DNA of 28,197 nucleotides from a virus (lineage: Duplodnaviria; Caudoviricetes): positions 1 to 28,197 of the IMG/VR virus record IMGVR_UViG_3300048880_000066; one strand, 5' to 3'. Positions 17,632 through 25,766 of the stretch are shown piece after piece. A model generated the notes under the pieces. The model did not search any database and was not told where the DNA came from. It worked only from the letters and a program-made list of their open reading frames with translations. How positions within the stretch are numbered: the stretch's first letter is position 1; the number at the start of each line of letters is the position of its first letter. Made by a program: the position numbers and the translations under genes.

Positions 17632-18066
17632 CTATGGTGCGACCGTAACGTCGTCTAATATCTCAACTTCAAAAGGAATCGAAACCGTGCGGAACGCTGT
17701 GCCGGATATCTCTTGATATCCTGCTTGCGCGTCTCCGACTTGTGAATATGTGCAATTGCCGGACAACTCGGTATCAGCCGCGAGAACATCGTGGACGTTG
17801 TACATCGCATCCCATACGTCGAGTTCTAATGATTCTCTGACGTCCGCGCTACTCTGCATCCGAAAATAAGCGCGTATCGAGAACGTGGTGATTGATCCGT
17901 CCCTCGTCATCGTTTCGCCCGTTACCGTTCGCCCTGCGACCCAGAACGCAAGCAGTGGAGTTCCCGCGATTGCCAACGGTTCTCCTCTCATTACAGAGAC
18001 GAAAGCCGGATCGGTAATCGTTGACAACAGAGTATCGATTCGATCGATTGCTCCCGATCTGCTCAT
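17632..18066 (-). CDS. Putative tail terminator/completion protein
   Basis: Position before the tail tube, 144 aa, LAADTELSGNC motif. Confidence 0.6.
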   Translation of the reverse strand: MSRSGAIDRIDTLLSTITDPAFVSVMRGEPLAIAGTPLLAFWVAGRTVTGETMTRDGSITTFSIRAYFRMQSSADVRESLELDVWDAMYNVHDVLAADTELSGNCTYSQVGDAQAGYQEISGTAFRTVSIPFEVEILDDVTVAP

Positions 18067-18473
18067 GATTTAAAAACCTTCATAATTGCTCCGCCGATGT
18101 ATCTCTGGAAAGCCTGTTCGTTTCTCGCAAGCTGTCGAAACATGTTCTCGAACATCTTGTATCCCTTGAATCTTGAACCCTGATTCCGCCTCGAAATTCC
18201 TTCCACCCAATTCGCATAGATAAGATTCGATCCGTATCGATGCGCCCCCGCGTCGATCTGTGCCACGTAATCTTTTACAACTGCCGATCCGATTCTGTTT
18301 TTTAAGTTACCTGTCACAAAACCATGGTTCGGATACAGTTGATTTTTGACGACGTTCGCCCCTTCGATCTGTGCGAGTTCCATCAGCCCGTCGTTGATGG
18401 CGTGTTTTAGCTGATCCTTTAATCTCGGATCAGCTATTTTTCCCTTGAGTTCGGTTTCGATCGTGACATTCAT
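18063..18473 (-). CDS. Neck protein (HK97 gp10-like)
   Basis: VTGNLKNRI...YANWVEG motif; position between adaptor and terminator. Confidence 0.7.
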   Translation of the reverse strand: MNVTIETELKGKIADPRLKDQLKHAINDGLMELAQIEGANVVKNQLYPNHGFVTGNLKNRIGSAVVKDYVAQIDAGAHRYGSNLIYANWVEGISRRNQGSRFKGYKMFENMFRQLARNEQAFQRYIGGAIMKVFKS

Positions 18474-19393
18474 TACATGAAAATTCCGTTCGATGTCGAC
18501 GCGACTCGATATTGATCGAGTGATGTCAGCACCTGTTTGATTTCGTTTCTCGGTAAGGTGATCGGCTGATCTCCTCCGATCGTTGTTGTCAGTCCCAAAT
18601 CTCTATCTCGAAAAGTAATTCGAGATATATCGAGACACGCTTGGGAAATAAGTTCGGGGTATACAAACGCGGAAACGTCCTGCGAGATCAGGTGCGTTGT
18701 GGCAGTTGTGCCATTGACGCCCCTTTCGACGGTTAACGTGTTTGTGCTGATAGACGTCACGTACATATGCTCCGAGCCGATTACTATCGTCTCTGCGCTT
18801 CCCAGCGCACTTGCGCTGGCAACGTCGAATGATGTTGCTGTCGCATCTGTAATCGCCGCCGAGTTTGTTGTCACGTCAGTCGTTTCGTTTGAGTATCCCC
18901 ATGTCCCAAGAATCGACAAAGTCTGCTGTCCGCCATAGAACGACTTCGCCGTGTCCTCGTTTAATTTGAGGATTGTTTTCGGCGCGAAGTTGTACGGCAT
19001 AAGCAGATAATCATTATCGTATCCGCTCGTTAATGTTTCCGATTCTGTTCGTGCCGTCTGCTTGTACGAAGTGACTGTCGTTGCCTCGACGAGCCAGCCG
19101 TCCAAAGGGATCACCGGAGACAGGGATTGTGCCAGCGATATGTTCCCACCCCAACCCGTGGGGGTTGTGTATTGCGGAGACTGTCTCAAAGTTCCAGAAC
19201 CTATGTCGTAAGTTCTGGTTTCTGTGGATGCACCGAACATTCCTCCTCCGCAGTAATCGTCGATTCTGCGGGAGGACGCTTCGATAATGCGTCGCAATGT
19301 TGCCGCGTCTCCCGTCCAACCAGACGCGTAACTCGTTCCAGCGAGGTAATCTCTCAGGTCGTCAGTTGTCGCGTAAGAATGGCGGTTCGGCAT
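18473..19393 (-). CDS. Head-tail connector/adaptor (gp6/gp15-like) with inserted beta domain
   Basis: YATTDDLRDYL...IEASSRRIDDYCG...GTWGY...PELISQACL adaptor motifs. Confidence 0.75.
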   Translation of the reverse strand: MPNRHSYATTDDLRDYLAGTSYASGWTGDAATLRRIIEASSRRIDDYCGGGMFGASTETRTYDIGSGTLRQSPQYTTPTGWGGNISLAQSLSPVIPLDGWLVEATTVTSYKQTARTESETLTSGYDNDYLLMPYNFAPKTILKLNEDTAKSFYGGQQTLSILGTWGYSNETTDVTTNSAAITDATATSFDVASASALGSAETIVIGSEHMYVTSISTNTLTVERGVNGTTATTHLISQDVSAFVYPELISQACLDISRITFRDRDLGLTTTIGGDQPITLPRNEIKQVLTSLDQYRVASTSNGIFM

Positions 19394-19584
19394 TATTTAT
19401 TCTCCTGCGTCGTTGTCTGCTTGTTTGTCCCCGTCGTTTTCTTTTTCGTCGTCGTTGCTTTCTTTTTAAAATATTCGGTATACGCGTTCGCTTCTTTCGA
19501 CGGAATGTCGTACGTCTCGCCTTCAAGAAAGGCGCGATTCAAACTCCCGATCGATACGCTTTTGATACAAACTACTGTCGCCAT
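19393..19584 (-). CDS. Small Lys/Thr-rich head-completion protein
   Basis: Start MATVV at 19584 with RBS GAGGAG; GETYDIP motif and basic tail, typical of the gene after a major capsid gene. Confidence 0.7.
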   Translation of the reverse strand: MATVVCIKSVSIGSLNRAFLEGETYDIPSKEANAYTEYFKKKATTTKKKTTGTNKQTTTQENK

Positions 19585-19601
19585 TTCCATCTCCTCAATA
19601 A

Positions 19602-19641
19602 CGACAGGGGGAATGGTCATTCCGTTGCACTCCCCCTGCCG
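19602..19641 (-). terminator. Stem-loop after the capsid gene (probable leaky terminator/stabiliser)
   Basis: CGGCAGGGGGAGUG / CAUUCCCCCUGUCG 14-bp stem with two G.U pairs, followed by UUAUU. Confidence 0.65.
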
Positions 19642-19657
19642 ACTTAGCCTTTAGTTA

Positions 19658-20506
19658 TTAACTAGCGGCACACTTCAAAATTTTGAACGCATCGGTTAAA
19701 CCGACTTGTCCGTCGCCTCTTCGAGTTCCGAAGAAACCGATTTGATCCGTTTCCATGTAGAGCGAGTCGTTGCGACGTATCGAAAAACCAATCCTGTCAA
19801 AAATGTAGTAGTTTCGGAAGTCCCCAAACACAGCGATTTCGTTGTTCGCTTGCAAGCTTGAGTTAAGACCGTTGCCACTAATATCGTTGTTTATGACTGG
19901 TCGACCAAGCAAAAACGACGCCGGAGGTGTATTCAAGTCGTTGACTGAATGCACTCCTGCCGATGTTGCGTTGATGTTGTTGATCTCTTTCGAGATTAAC
20001 GATTGCATTACCCAAGTCGCATTAGCTCTGTGCTGTGCTTCTAAGGTATAGAAAATACCGAATATGTCAGCGGCAGTTATTGCCGTCGTCGCCCCCATAA
20101 CATAATCGGAAACGCCTGTTCCCGCGGGCAGAATCCCTTGGTAGTTTGTGGTGTCGTTACCGTTTAGGATTCCGACATCCTCAAATCTTCCACTAGCCTC
20201 TGCAAATATTTGTCCCAGCAATGCTGGCAAGTTTACTGCGGAGTCGTCGAGTAATTCTCGGCTGGTTTTCACCAATCCGCCCGACTTCTCTATGCTGAAA
20301 TTTACCTGTCCAACTACGGGCGTGGACTCCTGCGTTGTGTAGGCGGCTTCCTCTGCGATTGCCCCCCACGTTGCTGACGCTAACGTCGGCAAATATCCGT
20401 CCTTACTCGCAACACGAATAACCGTTGCCGCCGTTCTTAATGCTCCCCACGGCAGTCCGGTATCGTGAATCACAGAGTTTATAAACTCTTCTGGAACAAA
20501 GAATCC
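19658..20506 (-). CDS. HK97-fold major capsid protein, exon 2
   Basis: GFFVPEEF...EKSGGLVKTSRELLDDSAVNL...ILNGNDT...LLGRPV...VFGDF...RGDGQV...AF motifs; no well-placed RBS of its own. Confidence 0.93.
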   Translation of the reverse strand, partial: GFFVPEEFINSVIHDTGLPWGALRTAATVIRVASKDGYLPTLASATWGAIAEEAAYTTQESTPVVGQVNFSIEKSGGLVKTSRELLDDSAVNLPALLGQIFAEASGRFEDVGILNGNDTTNYQGILPAGTGVSDYVMGATTAITAADIFGIFYTLEAQHRANATWVMQSLISKEINNINATSAGVHSVNDLNTPPASFLLGRPVINNDISGNGLNSSLQANNEIAVFGDFRNYYIFDRIGFSIRRNDSLYMETDQIGFFGTRRGDGQVGLTDAFKILKCAAS

Positions 20507-20792
20507 CAATAATTTTTTTGTTACTACCTCAAAAAATTTGAGGCGGATCGATCATTTCTGTCGACCTCTCATGGTTTCCCATGAGTTCAGACTATCTCAT
20601 CATCTCCTTCGAGATGTTCGGCACTATTGATGTATTACGTTCTGCGCTCTCAGAACACCATCTAGTCGTTGAGCCTTCCCCGAAAGCGTTCGGGGCTTGG
20701 TTGCGGATTAGCTTATCTTGCGACTTAGCCTTCCCGACAGTTCACCGAATTTGCAACAGTTATCACTAACTGAGGGGGCAGATTACTTTTTT
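20507..20792 (-). ncRNA. Group I self-splicing intron (286 nt, no homing endonuclease, probably subgroup IA-like)
   Basis: 5' exon ends in U, intron ends in G. P/Q/R/S elements AACUGUCGGGAA, AAUCCGCAACC, CUCAACGACUA, GAGAUAGUCU. P3 UUCGGU/GCCGAA, P7 GACUA/UAGUC, P1 and P10 pairings. Removal restores EG|GFFVPEEF in frame. Confidence 0.93.
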
Positions 20793-21272
20793 ACCCTCTG
20801 CGTCCGTATCTTCTTGCATTGCCTTCAGAACATCTGTACTAGCTGTCTTGTAGAAAACATCTGTCGAAGGAGCGGTCATCCATTGGATGAAAGCATCCTT
20901 CTGGAAATTGGCTTCATCTTTTAAGTTGTCTCCCATGACATCCTGCACCCAGAGCGGCTGTGCCATTGCTGGCATTCCCTTTACCCAAGTCGCGGGCTTA
21001 TAGTCCGCCTTGGTCTTTGCTCCGGTGTCGTTTGCCTTGTACAGTTTCACGTCTTCGGATGCAACTGGGACTCTCTGAACGCCTTCGTCGCCCCACGTAT
21101 CGGTCATTTCTTTGACCTTCGAGGCGGTTGCGTCAAGAGAATCTGCCGTCGCGAATTTTTCTTTTGCTTCTGTCACCAGCTTCTCAGCCTGTACCGCTTC
21201 ACCAGAAGTGATGGCGGCTTCAGCCTGAGTTACCAGAGACTTAGCATCGTCGCGCAAATCTTTCGATTGCAT
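20793..21272 (-). CDS. Major capsid protein, exon 1 (scaffold/delta domain plus start of the capsid fold)
   Basis: Follows the protease (TAATG overlap, RBS AGGAG); helical N-terminus; ends KAMQEDTDAEG. Spliced product is 442 aa. Confidence 0.9.
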
Positions 21273-21958
21273 TACAAATCTCCTATTTCTTTTTTGATTT
21301 CTTCGATCTCTCTCAGTTGTATAGCTTTCCTCAATTCCTTGACCGTTTCGATCAACTCGTCGGGGACATCTACTTCCGTGCCAGAGGCATCCGACTCATC
21401 GTCGGACGTGTCTGGGACGGGTTCTGATTCTATAGTTGGTGTCACGTCATCGTCGGACTTTGCCGATATCGTTGCCGTGCTGGGTGACGCTCCCCGCACA
21501 ACTAGGCTGGTTTCTACCCAATCAAGATTATTGATTACCCGAACATGCTCTCCGCTCGTTGTTCGTTCCATGATTGCACTCTCTGGGGTCATATTGAACC
21601 CGACAGAGTATTGATTAAGATAGTCCCCTTTCACATTACTAAAAGCATCGCGTCCGAGTTCGGTTTCGAGATTCATCTGCATGACTGCTTTCAGCCTGTA
21701 TTCTTTCTCGCTAACCGGAACAACGCTCGCAGATAAAACTTTACCGACGACATTCGATTGGTCGTGCTGGGTGAGAACAGGAATCGGCAGATTGTTCTCG
21801 ATTGATTTGTCGAATGCGTCCGACGTGATGATGTCATTATCGGAATCGACGATGCCCATCGAGTTCACGTACGCTTCGACGATCCCCTGCGTCTCGTTCA
21901 GGACTTTGACCTCGGATAAGTTCCGGCTAATTTTCTCGATTCTAAATGTGTCGGTCAT
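21272..21958 (-). CDS. HK97-family prohead protease
   Basis: GIVEAYV...DSDNDII...VLTQHD...VVGK...YSVGF...ETSLVVRGA, with the catalytic His/Ser/Glu pattern. Confidence 0.92.
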   Translation of the reverse strand: MTDTFRIEKISRNLSEVKVLNETQGIVEAYVNSMGIVDSDNDIITSDAFDKSIENNLPIPVLTQHDQSNVVGKVLSASVVPVSEKEYRLKAVMQMNLETELGRDAFSNVKGDYLNQYSVGFNMTPESAIMERTTSGEHVRVINNLDWVETSLVVRGASPSTATISAKSDDDVTPTIESEPVPDTSDDESDASGTEVDVPDELIETVKELRKAIQLREIEEIKKEIGDL

Positions 21959-24048
21959 ACCAGCACTCCTTCGGGTTTGTAATCTCGCGGCATTGGCAAC
22001 CAGTTAAGTCGCCCGTTTGGGTGATCCATTATGTTCTGAGCATCTATCAACGGATAAATCGTGTTGTGCCTCTCGGCACATGTGAATCCATACGGGTCTG
22101 CCGGATCGACATAATCGTCGCTCGGATCGCCGTCGGGATCATCTGCTCTGGCATATCCGAATCCTTGATCCTGATATATCCGTGTAGTTGTCAGATTTTG
22201 AGTTCTCATCGTTTCCGTTCGGGCGATTAGTCTGGCTCGAACATTTGTTGCCTCGGTAAATACAGAGCGAATTCCGACGAAGTTTTCGTCCGGAACGCCT
22301 CTCGCCAATTGCTCGATCGTGTATCCACGAGAGAGAGCAATATCGATCACGCGCTGTGTCGCTCTTAATGTTGTCGAATGTATCAATGTCGTACGCTCTG
22401 GAACGCCCGTTAACAGTCCTGTTACCAGCGGAGATGTCGCGTTATATGTAACGCTTCCGGCGACTCCGGCATCGTTCACCGTTGCGAATGTTGCTTCGAT
22501 TCCGTCTGAATACTGACGGAAGAGAATGCTTGATAATTGCTGGGCCGATTCCTCTGGAATTAACTCCGCATAATCTCGCGGCATCGCTTTGATAACTTCG
22601 ATTCCCTGTCCCCTTTCCATCATTCGACCAAGTATTCCGTCGACCCTGTTCTGAAGACTGCGGAAATATTTTTGATATTCCGGCGTCCATTTATCTGTCA
22701 GGGATTCGCGCTCGTCGATAAGTCTTTGGCTCATGCGCTTGGCTCGGTCTGCGACCGCTCCAATCGCTTGAATTCCTTTCAACTCTTCGAGCGGCTGTGC
22801 GGCAATGATAGGATTCATCGGTGCTAACGGAAGTTCACCGACAACGACCTCGGTTGTTGTCGTGGGAATGCGTCGAATATCTCCGTTGTTTACGGCTTCA
22901 ATCCCAACCATTTCCCGCGCTTCATTTAGTGACACGATACCGGAAACAAACAACTCGGACGCTCTGTTCGTGATGCTGTCATCCTCGTCGAGAGACGATC
23001 TGTAATCGCTCATATCGACAGCGAGTTCGCCGTCGTTTGGAAAGTCTGCTACTAACATGAAATTAAAGAACCGAACTATTCGTGTGATCAACGGGTCGAT
23101 TGTCTCTGAAAAGAAAGCGAACCGCGCTTCTCTATAGTTACTATAGGTCGACCTTTGAAGTCCCACATTCGCAGAGATAAGAATGGGAGGAACTCCCAGC
23201 ACGGCGCAGATGCGCGTCTCTGTAGTGTTCCGAACCTCGGTCATTGCCATGTCCTTCGGTGCGGATGCCATCTGCTCATAGGACGCATCCTCGTCGAGTA
23301 TCGCTACCGAATGCAGATTGTTCGTCCCTCCGAAAGATGAACGCCATCGATTGCGGATGATGTTCGCTTCCTCCTGAGAGGTTAATCGTTTCTTGAGTTT
23401 CAAAAGTCCCGACGGAACTCCGGCATTATTGAAATATGCCTTGTTGAAATCCGTGATCGACATGTCGAGGTTAACGATTTTCGAGATCACATGGAGAGGC
23501 GATAATCCAAAATTATCGTCCTCTGGATTTGGTAATTTCAGATGTCCCATATCTTCATATGCGATCTGGTATTCCTTGGAATCGACCTCGTAAACATAGT
23601 CGTTCCGTCCGTCCCCGCGTGGCGTAATGCTTACGCGATCAGGACGCAACAGATACAGATCGCGAACTCTGCCGACGCCGTCGCGTTGCTTGAGAACGTA
23701 AACGTTTCCCGCAATGTTCAGATAGGTCACCACTTTTTCGATGAACGTGTACCAATCCTGCAAGTCATTTGGGCGGGATAATAAACGGGCAAACTCTCCC
23801 GATTCATCCTCTATATAGCCACCGTCTGCCGTTGGCTTCTGTATTAAATAGCGAACCGACGCCGCCGCTGTGGACAGTTCTCGGATACACGCATAAACAA
23901 TAGCGTTCTTTCCGTATCCTTCACGGGCATAATTGTAGTAATTGTCTGGAGGGTCTTCGGTCTGTGCGTATCCTCCGACAAGAGGGACGGTCGCGTCGAC
24001 CTGTTTGAGTTCTTCCGTTCTATTAAAGAGATTCCAGAAACTCGGCAT
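21955..24048 (-). CDS. HK97-family portal protein fused to a MuF (SPP1 gp7-like) domain
   Basis: NAIVYACI, GNVYV, LRPDRV, GLSPL, YFNNAGVPSG, ICAVLGVPP, SLNEARE, then RARLIARTET...C...HPNGR. ATG 24048 with SD AAGAGGTG is preferred over GTG 24054. Confidence 0.92.
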   Translation of the reverse strand: MPSFWNLFNRTEELKQVDATVPLVGGYAQTEDPPDNYYNYAREGYGKNAIVYACIRELSTAAASVRYLIQKPTADGGYIEDESGEFARLLSRPNDLQDWYTFIEKVVTYLNIAGNVYVLKQRDGVGRVRDLYLLRPDRVSITPRGDGRNDYVYEVDSKEYQIAYEDMGHLKLPNPEDDNFGLSPLHVISKIVNLDMSITDFNKAYFNNAGVPSGLLKLKKRLTSQEEANIIRNRWRSSFGGTNNLHSVAILDEDASYEQMASAPKDMAMTEVRNTTETRICAVLGVPPILISANVGLQRSTYSNYREARFAFFSETIDPLITRIVRFFNFMLVADFPNDGELAVDMSDYRSSLDEDDSITNRASELFVSGIVSLNEAREMVGIEAVNNGDIRRIPTTTTEVVVGELPLAPMNPIIAAQPLEELKGIQAIGAVADRAKRMSQRLIDERESLTDKWTPEYQKYFRSLQNRVDGILGRMMERGQGIEVIKAMPRDYAELIPEESAQQLSSILFRQYSDGIEATFATVNDAGVAGSVTYNATSPLVTGLLTGVPERTTLIHSTTLRATQRVIDIALSRGYTIEQLARGVPDENFVGIRSVFTEATNVRARLIARTETMRTQNLTTTRIYQDQGFGYARADDPDGDPSDDYVDPADPYGFTCAERHNTIYPLIDAQNIMDHPNGRLNWLPMPRDYKPEGVLV

Positions 24049-24084
24049 ATCCACCTCTTACGGCTTACGGGAACATGCCAAAGT
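24040..24084 (-). promoter_or_regulatory. Hairpin sequestering the portal start codon
   Basis: UUUGGCAUGUUC pairs with GGAUAUGCCGAG (contains the AUG); the loop holds CCGUAAG twice and the SD. Confidence 0.5.
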
Positions 24085-24140
24085 CCACATTTTCGGAACA
24101 ATCTTCCAACGTTACATATTGAGGCTTTTCAGACAACACG

Positions 24141-24278
24141 TCAAGAAACTTCGTTTCTTGTTTTGCATCGATAGCAGACGATGATCGTTCCTTTGCTCGC
24201 CTTTTCTGCGAGCAATTTGCCGCATTGTTCGCACCGCAGTTCCTTCGTTTCTACTGGTGGCATTTGCCATGACAACAT
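24141..24278 (-). CDS. Mu Com-like zinc-ribbon regulator
   Basis: ELRCEQCGKLLAE...IVCYRCKTRN matches the Com pattern. Start ATG 24278 (TGATG overlap, RBS AAGGAG); 45 aa. Confidence 0.75.
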   Translation of the reverse strand: MLSWQMPPVETKELRCEQCGKLLAEKASKGTIIVCYRCKTRNEVS

Positions 24279-24475
24279 CAATGCCCGCTCCTTATAGAAT
24301 TGTGACACGCGCAACCGCACCCCTTGCACCCATCAACAGGTTCCTCCGAATGCCAACCCGTCATACAATCGACACTTAACTGTTTTACTGAAATACCATG
24401 ATTAGCGATCCTTTCTAACCAATGGGCTATTCTTCCCAAATCAATCGATATGTCCTTAAGTATTTCATCATCCAT
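24278..24475 (-). CDS. Small protein with a Cys/His cluster
   Basis: RBS AAGAGG; CMTGWH...CKGCGCACH. Confidence 0.7.
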   Translation of the reverse strand: MDDEILKDISIDLGRIAHWLERIANHGISVKQLSVDCMTGWHSEEPVDGCKGCGCACHNSIRSGH

Positions 24476-24477
24476 AT

Positions 24478-24588
24478 TTATTGCCTCTTATTGTCCATAA
24501 TTTTCGTTCGTTGTTTCGGGTGATGGCACTTGCAATCACAGCCGAGACAATCACGATGCCCGCCATATAAACAGATCAGCTTCACCAT
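24478..24588 (-). CDS. 36-aa Cys/His microprotein
   Basis: Not in the ORF track. MVKLICLYGGHRDCLGCDCKCHHPKQRTKIMDNKRQ*; overlaps the TerL stop and shares its motif with the next gene. Confidence 0.55.
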   Translation of the reverse strand: MVKLICLYGGHRDCLGCDCKCHHPKQRTKIMDNKRQ

Positions 24589-25766
24589 ACGCCCATCCCT
24601 GCCGCGCTTGTTCTGCCCTGTACCGCAAGAGCCAGAGCCATTACACAGTCGTCATGCAGTCCGGACGGGGCAGAATACTTCACTCCAGTTCTGGTGTACT
24701 CGTAAGCAAAGGCGTCGAGTTCACCAACGATCGCGCCCTCTGGATACGTGATGCCCTGCGTCTGAATGGCGAGCGACAGCCCCTCCATTAGCTTCTGCTT
24801 AGATGTCGAGGAGAATGTGTACCCCTGAACGTTGCCCAGAGAGCGTTGGAGACGCTCGACAATCGGGTCGCCAACTCCCGTACTGTCGACGAGTGCGCCT
24901 GTATTGCTGATGATATTTCCGAGACGATAACAAGTTTCTTCCCACGGTGCTTGAAAGCGTTCGAAAGCTGACACGTTTCCCGATTCGTCCAGCCCGATTG
25001 CGACCGTCCAATCCACACTCTTCGCGAGGTCGACACCAAAAACGACCGTCTCTTCGGTCGACATTGCTCCGATACATTGCTGGATTGCCCGCTGTCCGAA
25101 CGGGTTTCCGCCGTCCTCTGACGGTTCTGCGAGATACAGTTCCTTGAACACGTTCTCTGGAAGCATTCCCTTCGCCTGTTCTATCTCGTCAGCAACGACG
25201 ATGCCAGCTTCGACAGCGTCATACGCTGTCAGCTTGGCATAGTGCCAGTCGGGTTCTCCCATCTCCGCTCGTCGTGCGAGAACATATGCCCAATTCTTTC
25301 GCCCTTTAACGTTCCCGATAATGCGAATCTGTCCCCGTGTCGCTGTCATGGTTGAACGAATCGCATGCCATGCCTCCTCTCGCAGACGGGTTGCCTCGTC
25401 TATTACGACAGCAAAAACATCTTCTCCGTATAGGTTGTCCGGCTTCTCTCCAGATTTAAACGCAACGGTCGTGCCGTTAATGAGTCGGATCGTTAGTTCC
25501 GACTCGTTTGCTGTGTAGAGTGTTTGGCTGAGTCCGCGACGCATTCTCCGAAACGCGATTCTCGCTTGCGGATATACCGGAGCGACCCACCAAAACGTCT
25601 GCCCTTCCCGCCCTCGAAACGCCTGTTCTATGATCCATGAAAGACAGGCAACGGTCTTGCCGCTCTTCGTTGCCCCTTCGATTATTGCGTATCTTTTAGG
25701 GCTGAAGATCGCGGCCTGTTGCTTCGAGTATAGTGGGGGTCGTTTGTATTTGATTTGTGTCGTCAT
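24582..25766 (-). CDS. terL: Terminase large subunit
   Basis: Walker A GATKSGKT, WWVAPVYPQA, Walker B VVIDEA, nuclease GVDLAK..DWT and HDDCVMALALA. Confidence 0.95.
   Translation of the reverse strand: MTTQIKYKRPPLYSKQQAAIFSPKRYAIIEGATKSGKTVACLSWIIEQAFRGREGQTFWWVAPVYPQARIAFRRMRRGLSQTLYTANESELTIRLINGTTVAFKSGEKPDNLYGEDVFAVVIDEATRLREEAWHAIRSTMTATRGQIRIIGNVKGRKNWAYVLARRAEMGEPDWHYAKLTAYDAVEAGIVVADEIEQAKGMLPENVFKELYLAEPSEDGGNPFGQRAIQQCIGAMSTEETVVFGVDLAKSVDWTVAIGLDESGNVSAFERFQAPWEETCYRLGNIISNTGALVDSTGVGDPIVERLQRSLGNVQGYTFSSTSKQKLMEGLSLAIQTQGITYPEGAIVGELDAFAYEYTRTGVKYSAPSGLHDDCVMALALAVQGRTSAAGMGVW

Noticed and set aside
19614-19628. ANGGA in this hairpin loop and at 4303-4314 as CsrA/RsmA sites
   Set aside because: A short motif seen only twice, with an unknown host; chance is likely.
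20581-20769. Intron-encoded homing endonuclease (62-aa + strand ORF)
   Set aside because: Antisense to the intron, too short, and lacks LAGLIDADG, HNH or GIY-YIG motifs.
19658-21272. Capsid pseudogene, or separate scaffold and capsid genes with a TTG start at 20509
   Set aside because: The gap has a complete group I core and precise splice boundaries; the G of that TTG is the intron's terminal G and there is no well-spaced RBS.
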